The translations under genes and the position numbers were made by a program. A stretch of DNA of 47,400 nucleotides from Alphaproteobacteria bacterium (GTDB lineage Bacteria > Pseudomonadota > Alphaproteobacteria > Caulobacterales > Caulobacteraceae): the NCBI GenBank assembly GCA_003241825.1, contig QBLX01000004.1, forward strand, positions 1 to 47,400, read 5' to 3'. Within the stretch, counting starts at the first letter, position 1. Every line of letters begins with the position of its first letter. Under the pieces are notes generated by a model. It was not told the DNA's origin, ran no database searches, and was given only the letters and a program-made list of their open reading frames with translations. Below, piece after piece: positions 38,203-47,400 of this stretch.

Positions 38203-40704
38203 GTGCCGGAGTTACCCCTGACCGCCCTGCCTCCCCTCTTTGCCGACTGGTTTGCGTCCCGGGGCTGGTTCCCGCGCCGGCATCAGCTGGAGATGATCGC
38301 GGCGGCCGAGGCCGGGACCCATGCCTTGCTGGTCGCCCCGACGGGCGGGGGCAAGACACTGGCGGGTTTTCTGCCCTCACTGATCGATCTGGCGGAGCGA
38401 GGCCCGAGGCCTGAGTTCGGCCCTGGCAGCGGGGTTCACACCCTGTATGTCTCGCCGCTGAAGGCGCTGACGACCGACGTCGAACGAAACCTGATGACGC
38501 CCATTCGAGAGATAGGGCTCAACATCCATGTGGAAAGCCGCACCGGCGACACCAAACAGTCCAAGAAGCAGCGGCAGCGAGAGTTTCCGCCAGACATCCT
38601 GCTGACCACCCCCGAGCAGCTGGCACTCTTCTGTGCCTGGGAGGGATCACGGGCCTATTTCTCCGACCTGAAATGTATCGTGCTGGACGAAGTCCACGCC
38701 ATCTGGAGCGGCAAGCGCGGGGACCTCCTGAACCTCGGCCTGGCAAGGTTGCAAAGTTTCTCGCCGGGCCTGCGACGCGTTGGGCTGTCGGCGACGATCG
38801 ACGATCCGGATCTGATCCGCGGATGGCTGAGCCCGGTTGCGCCCGACGCCGTTCGTCTGGTCAGGGGCGACCCCGGCGCGCCAGCGATCGTTGATGTCCT
38901 GATCAGTGAAGGCAAGGTCCCCTGGGCCGGACATACCGGCCAGCATGCCATCCCCGAGGTCTATGCCACGATCCGGAATGCGGGCCTGTCGCTGATCTTC
39001 GTGAATACGCGCTGGCAGGCGGAGTTCGTGTTCCAGTCGCTCTGGGCGATAAATGACGACGACCTGCCGATCGCCCTGCACCATGGCTCGCTGTCCGCCG
39101 AGCAGCGCCGAAAGGTCGAGGCGGCCATGGCGCGGGGTGATCTGCGGGCGGTGGTCTGTACCTCGACGCTGGACCTCGGCATCGACTGGGGCGATGTCGA
39201 TCTGGTAATCCAGATGGCGGCTCCAAAGGGGGCTTCTCGCCTGGTGCAGCGGATCGGGCGGGCCAATCACCGGCTGAACGAGCCTTCACGGGCCCTGATG
39301 GTGCCGGCCAGCCGGTTCGAGATGCTGGAATGCCAGGCGGCGCGCGAGGCGGTGGCCGACAATGCCTTCGACTGGGAGCCCCATCACGTCGGGACGCTGG
39401 ACACCCTTGCCCAGCACATCATGGGGGTGGCTTGTGCCGAGGCCTTCGACATGGAGGCGCTCTATACGGAAATCCGAGGGTGTTATCCCTACCGTACCCT
39501 GAGCTGGGAGTCCTTCGAGGAGGTCGTCGATCTGGTCGCAACAGGCGGGTATGCCCTGCGGACCTACGACCGGTTTGCCCGGATCGTGAGGACGAAGGAG
39601 GGGCGCTGGAAGGCACGCAATGCCCAGATCGCCCAGCACCATCGGATGAATGTCGGGACCATCGTCACGGCTGCGACGCTGAACGTCCGGGTCGGGTCCC
39701 GAAGGGCCGGGGGCAAGCTGATGGTCTCGGGCCGCAAGGTTGGCGAGGCAGAGGAGAGTTACTTCGAACAGATGACGCCGGGCGATACCTTCGTGTTCGC
39801 CGGCCAGGTCTGGGCGTTTCAGGGCATCACTGGCACTGATGCGCTCGTCACCCACGCCCAGGACAAGGACCCCAAGATCCCCTCGTGGGGGGGATCGAAA
39901 TTCCCCATGTCCACCTCCCTGGCCACCCGGGTCCGTGACATGATCCAGGACCGGGATCACTGGCGGGTCCTGCCAGCCGATGTGCAGGAATGGCTGGAAC
40001 TTCAGGAGGCACGCTCGGCCATCCCGGACGCGGCCTCGATGCTGGTGGAGACATTCCAGCGCGGGTCCCGCCATTTCCTCGTCGCCTATCCGTTCGAGGG
40101 AGGGCTGGCCCATAACACCCTGTGCATGCTGCTGACGCGGCGACTGGACCGCGCCGGGGTCGGACCGCTCGGGTTCGTATGCACCGACTATTCGCTGGCC
40201 ATCTGGTCGATCAAGGCCATGGACGGGCTGGATTTCGGAGCCTTGTTCCAGCCGGACATGCTGGGGGATGATCTGGAGTCATGGCTGGAGGAGAGCTTCT
40301 TGATGAAGCGGACCTTCCGCAATTGCGCCCTGATCTCTGGCTTGATCGAACGCCGCCAGCCGGGAGCAGAAAAGTCCGGACGGCAGGTGACCTTCTCGAC
40401 GGACCTGATCTTCGACGTGCTTCGCCGCCACCAGCCCGATCACATCCTCCTGAAGATTGCCCGGACCGACGCCGCGGCAGGCTTGCTGGACGTCGCCCGT
40501 CTGGGGCAGTTACTGACGCGGATTACCGGCCGGATCCGTCATGTTGCCCTGAGCCGTGCTTCTCCTTTTTCGGTGCCTGTCCTGGTCCAGATCGGGCGAG
40601 AGCGTGTGGGGGGAGAGGCGGCCGACATGATCCTCGAAAACGCCGCCGAGGACCTGATCGCCGAGGTCATGAGCGACCTTGAACCGGGACAGGTCCTGTC
40701 GTGA
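38203..40704 (+). CDS. Ligase-associated DNA damage response DEXH helicase (Lhr-core family)
   Basis: APTGGGKT, SPLKAL, RTGDT, TTPE, DEVH, GLSAT, HHGSL, TSTLDLGID, QRIGRANH; followed by pdeM. Confidence 0.93.
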   Translation: MPELPLTALPPLFADWFASRGWFPRRHQLEMIAAAEAGTHALLVAPTGGGKTLAGFLPSLIDLAERGPRPEFGPGSGVHTLYVSPLKALTTDVERNLMTPIREIGLNIHVESRTGDTKQSKKQRQREFPPDILLTTPEQLALFCAWEGSRAYFSDLKCIVLDEVHAIWSGKRGDLLNLGLARLQSFSPGLRRVGLSATIDDPDLIRGWLSPVAPDAVRLVRGDPGAPAIVDVLISEGKVPWAGHTGQHAIPEVYATIRNAGLSLIFVNTRWQAEFVFQSLWAINDDDLPIALHHGSLSAEQRRKVEAAMARGDLRAVVCTSTLDLGIDWGDVDLVIQMAAPKGASRLVQRIGRANHRLNEPSRALMVPASRFEMLECQAAREAVADNAFDWEPHHVGTLDTLAQHIMGVACAEAFDMEALYTEIRGCYPYRTLSWESFEEVVDLVATGGYALRTYDRFARIVRTKEGRWKARNAQIAQHHRMNVGTIVTAATLNVRVGSRRAGGKLMVSGRKVGEAEESYFEQMTPGDTFVFAGQVWAFQGITGTDALVTHAQDKDPKIPSWGGSKFPMSTSLATRVRDMIQDRDHWRVLPADVQEWLELQEARSAIPDAASMLVETFQRGSRHFLVAYPFEGGLAHNTLCMLLTRRLDRAGVGPLGFVCTDYSLAIWSIKAMDGLDFGALFQPDMLGDDLESWLEESFLMKRTFRNCALISGLIERRQPGAEKSGRQVTFSTDLIFDVLRRHQPDHILLKIARTDAAAGLLDVARLGQLLTRITGRIRHVALSRASPFSVPVLVQIGRERVGGEAADMILENAAEDLIAEVMSDLEPGQVLS

Positions 40705-41441
40705 ACGATCTGTTGCGCGAGACCCTTTCGCCGACCCGGCGTGCGTGCGGTGCCCTCAATGTTCGCATCCTCGAAGAAGCCTGTGTGCTGCGCTGCTCGG
40801 GTGCGATGTGGATGCCGGAGACCGGCACCCTGATCGCAGCGGACCTGCACCTCGAAAAAGGTTCGGCCTATGCCCGTAGGGGCCAGATGCTGCCGCCCTA
40901 TGACAGTCGGGCAACCCTGGCCAAGCTCCGTGCCGAGATCGAGGACCTGTCGCCCTCGCGCGTCATTCTGCTCGGGGACAGCTTTCACGATCGGCAATCG
41001 ATCGCGCGACTGGCAGAATGTGACCGGTCCGAAATCGCAGCGCTCGCGACAGGGTGCGACTGGATCTGGCTGACGGGCAACCATGACCACGATGCCCTGG
41101 CCACCCAGGCAGACGACGGCCGGTTGCTGCCGGGCAGGGTCGAAGAAGCAATCCATATCGGCCGCCTGCACCTGGTCCACGAACCCGAACAGGGCGACCG
41201 TCCGGGCGAGGTGGCAGGGCATCTGCACCCCTGCGCAACGGTCGTGGCCCACAATCGCAGGGTCCGGCGGGCTTGTTTCGTGACGGACGGCCGACGGATC
41301 ATCCTGCCGGCTTTCGGGGCCTTCACGGGCGGGCTTGACGTAAAAAACACGGCCTTTTCAGGCCTGTTTGCTACCCCGCCGATGCTGGCCGCGCTAGGCC
41401 GGGACCGGGTCCACGCCCTGTCCTGGCAAGCTGTGGCCTAG
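40701..41441 (+). CDS. pdeM: Ligase-associated DNA damage response metallophosphoesterase/endonuclease PdeM
   Basis: ADLHLEKGS, LPPYD, LGDSFHD, GNHD, HEP, GHLHP, LPAFGAFTGGL. Confidence 0.92.
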   Translation: MNDLLRETLSPTRRACGALNVRILEEACVLRCSGAMWMPETGTLIAADLHLEKGSAYARRGQMLPPYDSRATLAKLRAEIEDLSPSRVILLGDSFHDRQSIARLAECDRSEIAALATGCDWIWLTGNHDHDALATQADDGRLLPGRVEEAIHIGRLHLVHEPEQGDRPGEVAGHLHPCATVVAHNRRVRRACFVTDGRRIILPAFGAFTGGLDVKNTAFSGLFATPPMLAALGRDRVHALSWQAVA

Positions 41442-42316
41442 GACAGGAACCGCGTCACGGCGGCCTCGAAACGCCCCGGCTGATCGATCATGACCATGTG
41501 TTCGGCCCCGGCGATAGGCTCGAAGCGGGCCGGCTCACGAAGGGAGGCAAAGCTTGACCGGAACAGACGGTCGATCCGTGCGCGAGGAGATGTTGAGTCC
41601 TCCGACCAGCCATAGACGACCGTCACAGGTGCCGTAATCTCCGGCAGTCGCCAGCGAAGGTCGGTCGTCATGACCTCGTAAAGGCCCTGGGCCAGTGTAC
41701 CGCGGTCTCCGCCCTGCCAACCGAGTGACCCGAACACGCTGTCGGCTGCCCCGCCCAGCGACTGTCCCAGCATTGCACCCTGGCTGCGCAGTGCCTGGTC
41801 TCCAAGGAACAGGATGGCCTGATAGGCGATACGCGCGATCGGCTCGACGTCCCCGACCGTGGCACCGGGCGAGATCAGGGCCGGGAAGAAGGGCGAGGCA
41901 TCGACCACCATCACGCGTCCGACCTGCGAACCGGCATCTGCCGCCAGCCTCAAGGCGATCAGCCCGCCCATGGAATGACCGATCACGGCTGGCGCTGAAA
42001 GCCGGCGCGCCGAGATGTAGCGGCGAAGCTCTGCAGCCGCTGGCCCGGCTATCTCACCCTCGGCATTGGCCGCGACCGGCACGTCACCGAAGCCGCGAAT
42101 GCTGACCAGATGCACCGTGTGACTTTCGTCCAGCCGGTCGGCTGTCCGTTTCCAGATTTCGGGTGTCGAGGCGAGGCCCGGAATCAGGATCACGTCCGGC
42201 CCGCGCCCGCGGGTCTCGATGACGATCCGGTCCGAGCGAAATTCGGCCGGAGTCTGCGCGCGAACCACGGACGAAAAGGCGAACATCGCCGCCAGGACAA
42301 CGAAAAAGCGTAACAT
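41438..42316 (-). CDS. Exported alpha/beta hydrolase
   Basis: Signal peptide, IPGL oxyanion motif, GHSMGG nucleophile elbow, C-terminal HMVM; start 42316 or 42319. Confidence 0.88.
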   Translation of the reverse strand: MLRFFVVLAAMFAFSSVVRAQTPAEFRSDRIVIETRGRGPDVILIPGLASTPEIWKRTADRLDESHTVHLVSIRGFGDVPVAANAEGEIAGPAAAELRRYISARRLSAPAVIGHSMGGLIALRLAADAGSQVGRVMVVDASPFFPALISPGATVGDVEPIARIAYQAILFLGDQALRSQGAMLGQSLGGAADSVFGSLGWQGGDRGTLAQGLYEVMTTDLRWRLPEITAPVTVVYGWSEDSTSPRARIDRLFRSSFASLREPARFEPIAGAEHMVMIDQPGRFEAAVTRFLS

Positions 42317-42440
42317 CATCCGTTCTTAACGCAGGATCGTGTCAGAAGTCGCACAGAGTGCGCTGCGCACTTGCCAAGCCATACCGTCGCTGTTGATATC
42401 GTTCGATCGGGCAGGGGGCTGTTCCGGGGAGGACTGGCGA

Positions 42441-42887
42441 ATGAAGTTCAAATCAGCAATTCTTTGGGGCGTCCTGACCAGTGTTGGTTTCACGGGCGCT
42501 GCATCGGCACAGGAATGGCACCCCATCTCCCGCAACGCTGACAGGGTCTATCTGGCCGACGTCGGCGGGATGGACGTGGTCGACGACGTGACCACGATCA
42601 TGGTGGCCCGAGTCGCGCGCAGGCCTTCGTCGCCAACTGACTACAGCTATACCGCCGATCAATACGCTTACCGCTGTGCCACAAATCAGGTCCGGCCCGG
42701 GGCTTCGGTCGAGTATGGAGAGGATGGATCCGAGACCAACCGTTTCGAGGATGGCGGGGAATGGGAGGCTGTCCGGCCCGAAACACTGGATGCCTATGTC
42801 AAACAGGTCGCTTGTGACGGTGAGCGCGCCAATCCACCGGTGTTCCCATCCATCAGGGCCTTCATGGAAGCGGGGCGCGGCAACTAG
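42441..42887 (+). CDS. Exported protein, surface-adhesin-E-like
   Basis: GGAGGA SD; signal peptide ASA-Q; W...Y.D start, Y.C and W....P.T......VAC pattern. Family call is tentative. Confidence 0.6.
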   Translation: MKFKSAILWGVLTSVGFTGAASAQEWHPISRNADRVYLADVGGMDVVDDVTTIMVARVARRPSSPTDYSYTADQYAYRCATNQVRPGASVEYGEDGSETNRFEDGGEWEAVRPETLDAYVKQVACDGERANPPVFPSIRAFMEAGRGN

Positions 42888-43936
42888 GCCCCGCGTTCGG
42901 CAGCCGGGATCAGTTTCTGATCCAGCAACTGATGCAGCCGGTCGACATGGTCGGTGCGCTCGCTCACAGGTGACGGGTCCGACGTCATGACGACCGTCAT
43001 GTCGAGGCTGGGCACCACGAACACCATCTGGCCGCCATAGCCCCAGGCGAAATAGACCGGCCGGTTGCCGACCGTCTTGATCCACCAGCCGTACCCGTAG
43101 GGGTTCCCGCTCCAGCGCGAGGTCCCGCGTCCATTCCATGACGCCTCGACCCATCCTTCCGGCAGGACGCGCCTGCCCTGGTGGACGCCATCATTGCGAT
43201 ACAGTTCACCGAAGCTCAGCAGGCCGCGGGGCGACATCAGCATGTCATTGCCGCCGAAATAGATGCCCTGGGGATCAGCGGGCCATTGCGGTATGGCGAT
43301 TTCCAGCGGCTGGCCGACCCAGGCTACCGCACTGGCATGGGTTGAACGATCCGCCGCCTTTGTCAGGACGGCCGACAGCAGGTGGGATGTCCCGCTGGAA
43401 TAGATCATTCGTCCACCTGGCTCGGCCTCGAATGGCTGCGCCAGAGCATACCGGACCCAGTTCCGGCTCGAGACCCAGGCTCCGTATTTGCCTCCGGACG
43501 TCGACCCCAGTCCGGCCTGCATCGACAACAGGTGTCCAACGGTGACGGTGGCCAGCCGCGGGTCTGCGTTCGAAGGGAACCGGTCGCCCAGGAAATCCGA
43601 GATTGGCTGATCCGGTCCCTCGATCATTCCCTCGCCAATGGCAATGCCGGCAAGGGCCGCAAGCACCGACTTGGAGGCAGACTTGATATTGACCGGTGTG
43701 TCCAGCGACGGCCCCCGATAGACCCGCTCTGCAAGGATCTGGCCGTCCCGGGCAATGATGATGCTGTTCAGGCGGGGAAGGGCCTCCGCCTCCGCGAGCG
43801 CATCGGCCAGCAGGGAAGCATCAGCGCCGGTTGTGGGCGAGTGGATCTGGCCGACCGGTGTCGCTGCAATGCCAGCATCGGAGCAGGCGGGTGCAGTCAA
43901 CAACAGGACGGCCGTCAGGGTCAGGGCGCGGATCAT
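42884..43936 (-). CDS. Beta-lactamase-like (class C type) serine hydrolase, probable lipoprotein
   Basis: SASK (SxxK), LLSMQAG, YSS, YGYGWW, AWGYGGQ; signal peptide ending APA-C. Confidence 0.88.
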   Translation of the reverse strand: MIRALTLTAVLLLTAPACSDAGIAATPVGQIHSPTTGADASLLADALAEAEALPRLNSIIIARDGQILAERVYRGPSLDTPVNIKSASKSVLAALAGIAIGEGMIEGPDQPISDFLGDRFPSNADPRLATVTVGHLLSMQAGLGSTSGGKYGAWVSSRNWVRYALAQPFEAEPGGRMIYSSGTSHLLSAVLTKAADRSTHASAVAWVGQPLEIAIPQWPADPQGIYFGGNDMLMSPRGLLSFGELYRNDGVHQGRRVLPEGWVEASWNGRGTSRWSGNPYGYGWWIKTVGNRPVYFAWGYGGQMVFVVPSLDMTVVMTSDPSPVSERTDHVDRLHQLLDQKLIPAAERGA

Positions 43937-44080
43937 GGCTTCATCAATGCGAGCCTTGCGGCGACGTTGCGGCAGTCCAGTGCGACGTTCTGGCGGCATG
44001 CGTCGCCAGGATGGTCATGCGCCGGGGTGCGACCCGCAGCAATTCGGTCTATCTGCCACGGCAGACTAAAGGAGTTTCCC

Positions 44081-44836
44081 ATGCTGATCCCTTTTGCATC
44101 CTGGCCCGAGATTGACGCCCGGGTGAAGATGAACAAAGCCATCGTCATCCCGATCGGCTCGAATGAACAGCATGGCCCGACCGGCTTGCTGGGCACCGAC
44201 TGGCTGTGTCCGGAAATCATCGCCCACGCTGCCGAAAAGATGGACGACGGCCTGACTGTCGCTCCGACCTTCAACATCGGCATGGCCCAGCATCACCTCG
44301 CGTTCGCCGGGACCATCAGCCTGCGCCCCTCGACCTTCATGGCGGCCATTACCGACTGGGTGTCATCCCTGAGCCGGCACGGGTTCGAACGGATCTATTT
44401 CCTCAATGGCCACGGCGGCAACGTGGCCACGATCGAGGCGACCTTTGCCGAAATCTACGCCGAATGGAGCTTCGTCGAGGAGGCACCACCGTTCGTGCTC
44501 AAGCTCAGGAACTGGTGGGACCTGCCGGGAGTGAACAGCCTGTGCAACTCCATATTCCCGACCGGTCATGGCATGCACGCCACGCCCTCCGAAATCGCCG
44601 TGACCCAGGCCGCCTATCCTGACAGCATCAAGACCGCAGCCTATGCGCCGAAGATCGCGCCGTCCGGGCCGATCCGGGACGCCCTCGACTATCGCGCGCG
44701 GTTTCCGGACGGGCGGATCGGGTCCGACCCGGGGCAGGCCAGCCCCGAGAAGGGCCAGCGGATCATCGACGCGGCCGCCCCTGCCCTGCTCAAGGATGTC
44801 GCAGCCTTCGCGGCGGAGGTCTTGCCCGGACAGTGA
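44081..44836 (+). CDS. Creatininase-family metallo-amidohydrolase
   Basis: AAGGAG SD; PIGSNEQHGP..LLGTD, GTISL, NGHGGN, HATPSE. Confidence 0.9.
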   Translation: MLIPFASWPEIDARVKMNKAIVIPIGSNEQHGPTGLLGTDWLCPEIIAHAAEKMDDGLTVAPTFNIGMAQHHLAFAGTISLRPSTFMAAITDWVSSLSRHGFERIYFLNGHGGNVATIEATFAEIYAEWSFVEEAPPFVLKLRNWWDLPGVNSLCNSIFPTGHGMHATPSEIAVTQAAYPDSIKTAAYAPKIAPSGPIRDALDYRARFPDGRIGSDPGQASPEKGQRIIDAAAPALLKDVAAFAAEVLPGQ

Positions 44837-45360
44837 ATGAGGCCCAAGGCAAGCCCATGACCCAGTTCTCCAAAGCCCTTCGTGACAGCCAGCAGATGGC
44901 CAGCAACGCTCAATCCGCCGCGATTTCGGCCGTGAATGGCAGCGAAATGATGAAGGCAGCCTCGGACGTTATCACGGCGCGTCTGGAAATCATGGCTGCC
45001 GGCATGGCCAATCCCGGACAGGCGGACTTCACCGAGATGTCCCTTATGAGTTCGGAAAAGGTCGAGGCGCTCTCGGCCTCTGCGGCGACACTCTCGGCCA
45101 ATATGGGTGAACTGGGCGGGCGACTGTCCCGCAACGCCATGGACGAGCTGGCGCTGGCGTCGCGCGCGGCCGCCTCGATAGCCACGGCGGGGACGCCTGC
45201 AGGGGTTGCCCAGGTGCAGTTCAACTATGCTGTTGGCTGGTGGAGCCGTGCGGCCAGCCAGATGCTGGCCCTCAACACCGAAATGCTGAAGGCCCAGGCC
45301 GATGCGATGAAGCCGATCCACGCCACGGCTGTGGCCAATGCCAAACGCCTGAAACGCTAG
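44833..45360 (+). CDS. Phasin-like (PHA granule-associated) protein
   Basis: Ala/Met-rich helical protein with VITARL, E...M.SEKVEA and PIH..AVANAKRL; start GTG 44833 or ATG 44857. Confidence 0.65.
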   Translation: MNEAQGKPMTQFSKALRDSQQMASNAQSAAISAVNGSEMMKAASDVITARLEIMAAGMANPGQADFTEMSLMSSEKVEALSASAATLSANMGELGGRLSRNAMDELALASRAAASIATAGTPAGVAQVQFNYAVGWWSRAASQMLALNTEMLKAQADAMKPIHATAVANAKRLKR

Positions 45361-45737
45361 GCGGTCCGGACGATCCCGTCCGCTACTGCGACCGGCCACG
45401 GTGTCAGCTTCCCGCCCGCGCAGGGACCGCCGACGCAGGCCCCGCTGACCGGTTCGAACACGGCCCCGTGCCAGCCGCACAGGATCTGCGAGCCGTCCGG
45501 GGTCAGATAGCGGTCCAGTTCGACTGCGATCGGAAATCCGGCATGAGGACACCGGTCCACCCATCCTGCGATAACCCCGCCTTTACGGATGACAAATCCG
45601 TGGAAGTAGGCCTCGCCGATCTGGAGAACGAACCCGCGCGATCCGGGATCAGCCAGGTCGATCTCAGCGCAGAGGGCAACACCCGCCGGGGTCGACCAGA
45701 CGCGCTTGCGCTCCGCCGGGACGGCAGAATCGCTCAA
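45357..45737 (-). CDS. Rieske [2Fe-2S] ferredoxin
   Basis: CPH and CGWHG ligand motifs plus GACVGGP; TTG start overlapping the gpsA stop. Confidence 0.9.
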   Translation of the reverse strand: MSDSAVPAERKRVWSTPAGVALCAEIDLADPGSRGFVLQIGEAYFHGFVIRKGGVIAGWVDRCPHAGFPIAVELDRYLTPDGSQILCGWHGAVFEPVSGACVGGPCAGGKLTPWPVAVADGIVRTA

Positions 45738-46732
45738 TGCCGTTCGACTTTCAGGGGGCGGGACAGCAGGCCGTCTATCGCCACATCCACCGTAATCTCT
45801 CCGGCCAGAACGGCGGCGACGGCCTCGCAGATCGGGGTGTCGACGCCGAGACGTCTCGCCAGGTCGCGCACGGCCGGAGCACTTTCATAGCCCTCCGCCA
45901 CCGAGCGCTTGCCCGCCAGCGCCTGTTCGACCGTCTGTCCCTGACCGAGCGCGAGCCCCAGGCTCATGTTGCGGGACTGCGGGCTGGAACAGGTCAGGAC
46001 CAGATCGCCCAGCCCGCAAAGGCCCGCGACCGTGCCTGAATCGGCACCCAGGGCGTCGGCGAACCGGCTCATTTCCGCAAAGCCGCGCGTGATCATGGCC
46101 GCCTGGGCACTGCGACCCAGGGCCCGGCCCTCGACGATGCCACAGGCGATGGCCAGGACATTCTTCATCGCCCCGCCCGCTTCTGCACCGATCAGGTCGG
46201 TCGCCAGATAGGGCCGGAAACCCGGAGCCGACAGTGTCCGCATCAGGGCTTCGCCCAGCACCGGATCGGCACAGGCCAGGGTCACGGCCGTCGGAAGCCC
46301 CCGGGCCACCTCGGCCGCGAAACTGGGCCCGGACAGGACCGCCTGCGGGGCGTCCGGCAGGGTCTCGGACAGGACCTCGGTCATCAGTTTCAGCGTCCCG
46401 CGCTCGATCCCCTTCGAGCACAGGACGATCGGAACACCCGGCCGCCAGTGCGGGGCAAAGGCCGAGAGTGTCTGGCGCATGAACTGGGCTGGTGGCACTG
46501 CGAGGATGAGGTCGCACCCTGCAAGGTCGGCCAGATCGGCCGTCACCTGCACATGATCGTCGAGCACGACGTCGGGCAGAAACGCCGCGTTGACCCGGTG
46601 GCTCCGGATAGTGTCCACCACATCGGCCTCGCGGGCCTGCAGAAGGGTTTCGAGCCCGGCCCAACCGGTGACCTGAGCCAGGGCCGTACCCCAGGCACCT
46701 GCCCCGATGACGCCTGCCTTGCGAAATTCCAT
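45734..46732 (-). CDS. gpsA: NAD(P)H-dependent glycerol-3-phosphate dehydrogenase
   Basis: [46 protein letters not shown]. Confidence 0.96.
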   Translation of the reverse strand: MEFRKAGVIGAGAWGTALAQVTGWAGLETLLQAREADVVDTIRSHRVNAAFLPDVVLDDHVQVTADLADLAGCDLILAVPPAQFMRQTLSAFAPHWRPGVPIVLCSKGIERGTLKLMTEVLSETLPDAPQAVLSGPSFAAEVARGLPTAVTLACADPVLGEALMRTLSAPGFRPYLATDLIGAEAGGAMKNVLAIACGIVEGRALGRSAQAAMITRGFAEMSRFADALGADSGTVAGLCGLGDLVLTCSSPQSRNMSLGLALGQGQTVEQALAGKRSVAEGYESAPAVRDLARRLGVDTPICEAVAAVLAGEITVDVAIDGLLSRPLKVERH

Positions 46733-46781
46733 GGGAACCCTTCGTTTGTTCTTCGCCTCGCCAGTGTGGGGCGGATTGTGT

Positions 46782-47400
46782 TCAGGCCTTCGCGCCCTTG
46801 CGACTCGCGGGGTGCACAGGATCGGCCAGTGCGCGAGCTTCGTCCAGCGGCCAGCGTGGACGGGCAGCCGTGTCGATGTCGGACGTCATCCCGCGTTGCA
46901 GACGCTCTGCACCCGCCAAGGCGATCATTGCAGCATTGTCCGTGCAATAGGCCATCGGCGGGGCCAGGAAGCCGAAACCGTGCCGGGCTGCTGTCGCCTC
47001 CAAAGTGAATCGCACGGTTCTGTTGGCCGCAACGCCTCCGGCGACGACAAACAGCCGCTGATGTTCATCCGAAGCTCCGTCCTCGGCATAGGCGATCATG
47101 GCCCGTTCGGAGCGATCGGACAGTTGCCGCGCGATTGCGCGCTGGACGGCGTCGGCAAGGTCGGCCCTGTCCTGATCGTTCTGGCAGGTCTGGGCAAGGC
47201 GAGATGCCGCCGTCTTCAGGCCGGAAAAGGAGAAATCGCAGCCCTTGCGGCCGAGCAGGGCGCGGGGCAGGTCGAACCGCGAACCGTCGCCGTTCGCCGC
47301 CAGACGCTCCAGGGCCGGCCCGCCGGGATAGCCCAGCCCCATGGCCTTGGCGATCTTGTCGAAAGCCTCACCGGCAGCGTCGTCAATCGTGGTGCCAAGA
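46782..47400 (-). CDS. tsaD: tRNA threonylcarbamoyltransferase TsaD, 5' part outside the window
   Basis: Frame is open to the window edge: [46 protein letters not shown]. Confidence 0.96.
   Translation of the reverse strand, partial: LGTTIDDAAGEAFDKIAKAMGLGYPGGPALERLAANGDGSRFDLPRALLGRKGCDFSFSGLKTAASRLAQTCQNDQDRADLADAVQRAIARQLSDRSERAMIAYAEDGASDEHQRLFVVAGGVAANRTVRFTLEATAARHGFGFLAPPMAYCTDNAAMIALAGAERLQRGMTSDIDTAARPRWPLDEARALADPVHPASRKGAKA

Noticed and set aside
43382-44080. N-terminal extension of the 484-aa creatininase ORF overlapping the serine hydrolase
   Set aside because: The real start is ATG 44081 with an AAGGAG SD; the upstream part is an antisense shadow frame.

Overview
GC-rich alphaproteobacterial chromosome segment. 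Gene content and order point to Caulobacteraceae (Brevundimonas-like); this is inferred, not searched. The window spans the replication origin. Left of the hemE/DUF299 intergenic origin are hemE-hemH-hemJ, rho, mnmE-mnmG-rsmG-parA-parB with a parS cluster, leuS-lptE-holA, ntrZ, yggS, cenR and a 5'-truncated tRNA-Arg(CCG). Right of it are DUF299-maf-aroE-coaE-dnaQ, ccmAB, acnA, a DinG-family helicase divergent from an Lhr-like helicase plus PdeM, several hydrolases, gpsA and a partial tsaD. I saw no mobile elements, CRISPR arrays or defence islands, and I cannot support a new multi-gene system. The most interesting signals are: (1) a minus-strand three-hairpin sRNA candidate with C-rich anti-SD loops at about 3457-3616; (2) an origin with two inverted CtrA boxes and three TCCCCA boxes spaced exactly 73 bp apart; (3) divergent genes sharing one CATG start palindrome; (4) a DinG with an apparently dead DnaQ-like N-terminal domain behind a candidate LexA box. 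Start codons were adjusted by eye from the ORF track. All family assignments come from motif recognition and recalled knowledge, not database searches.
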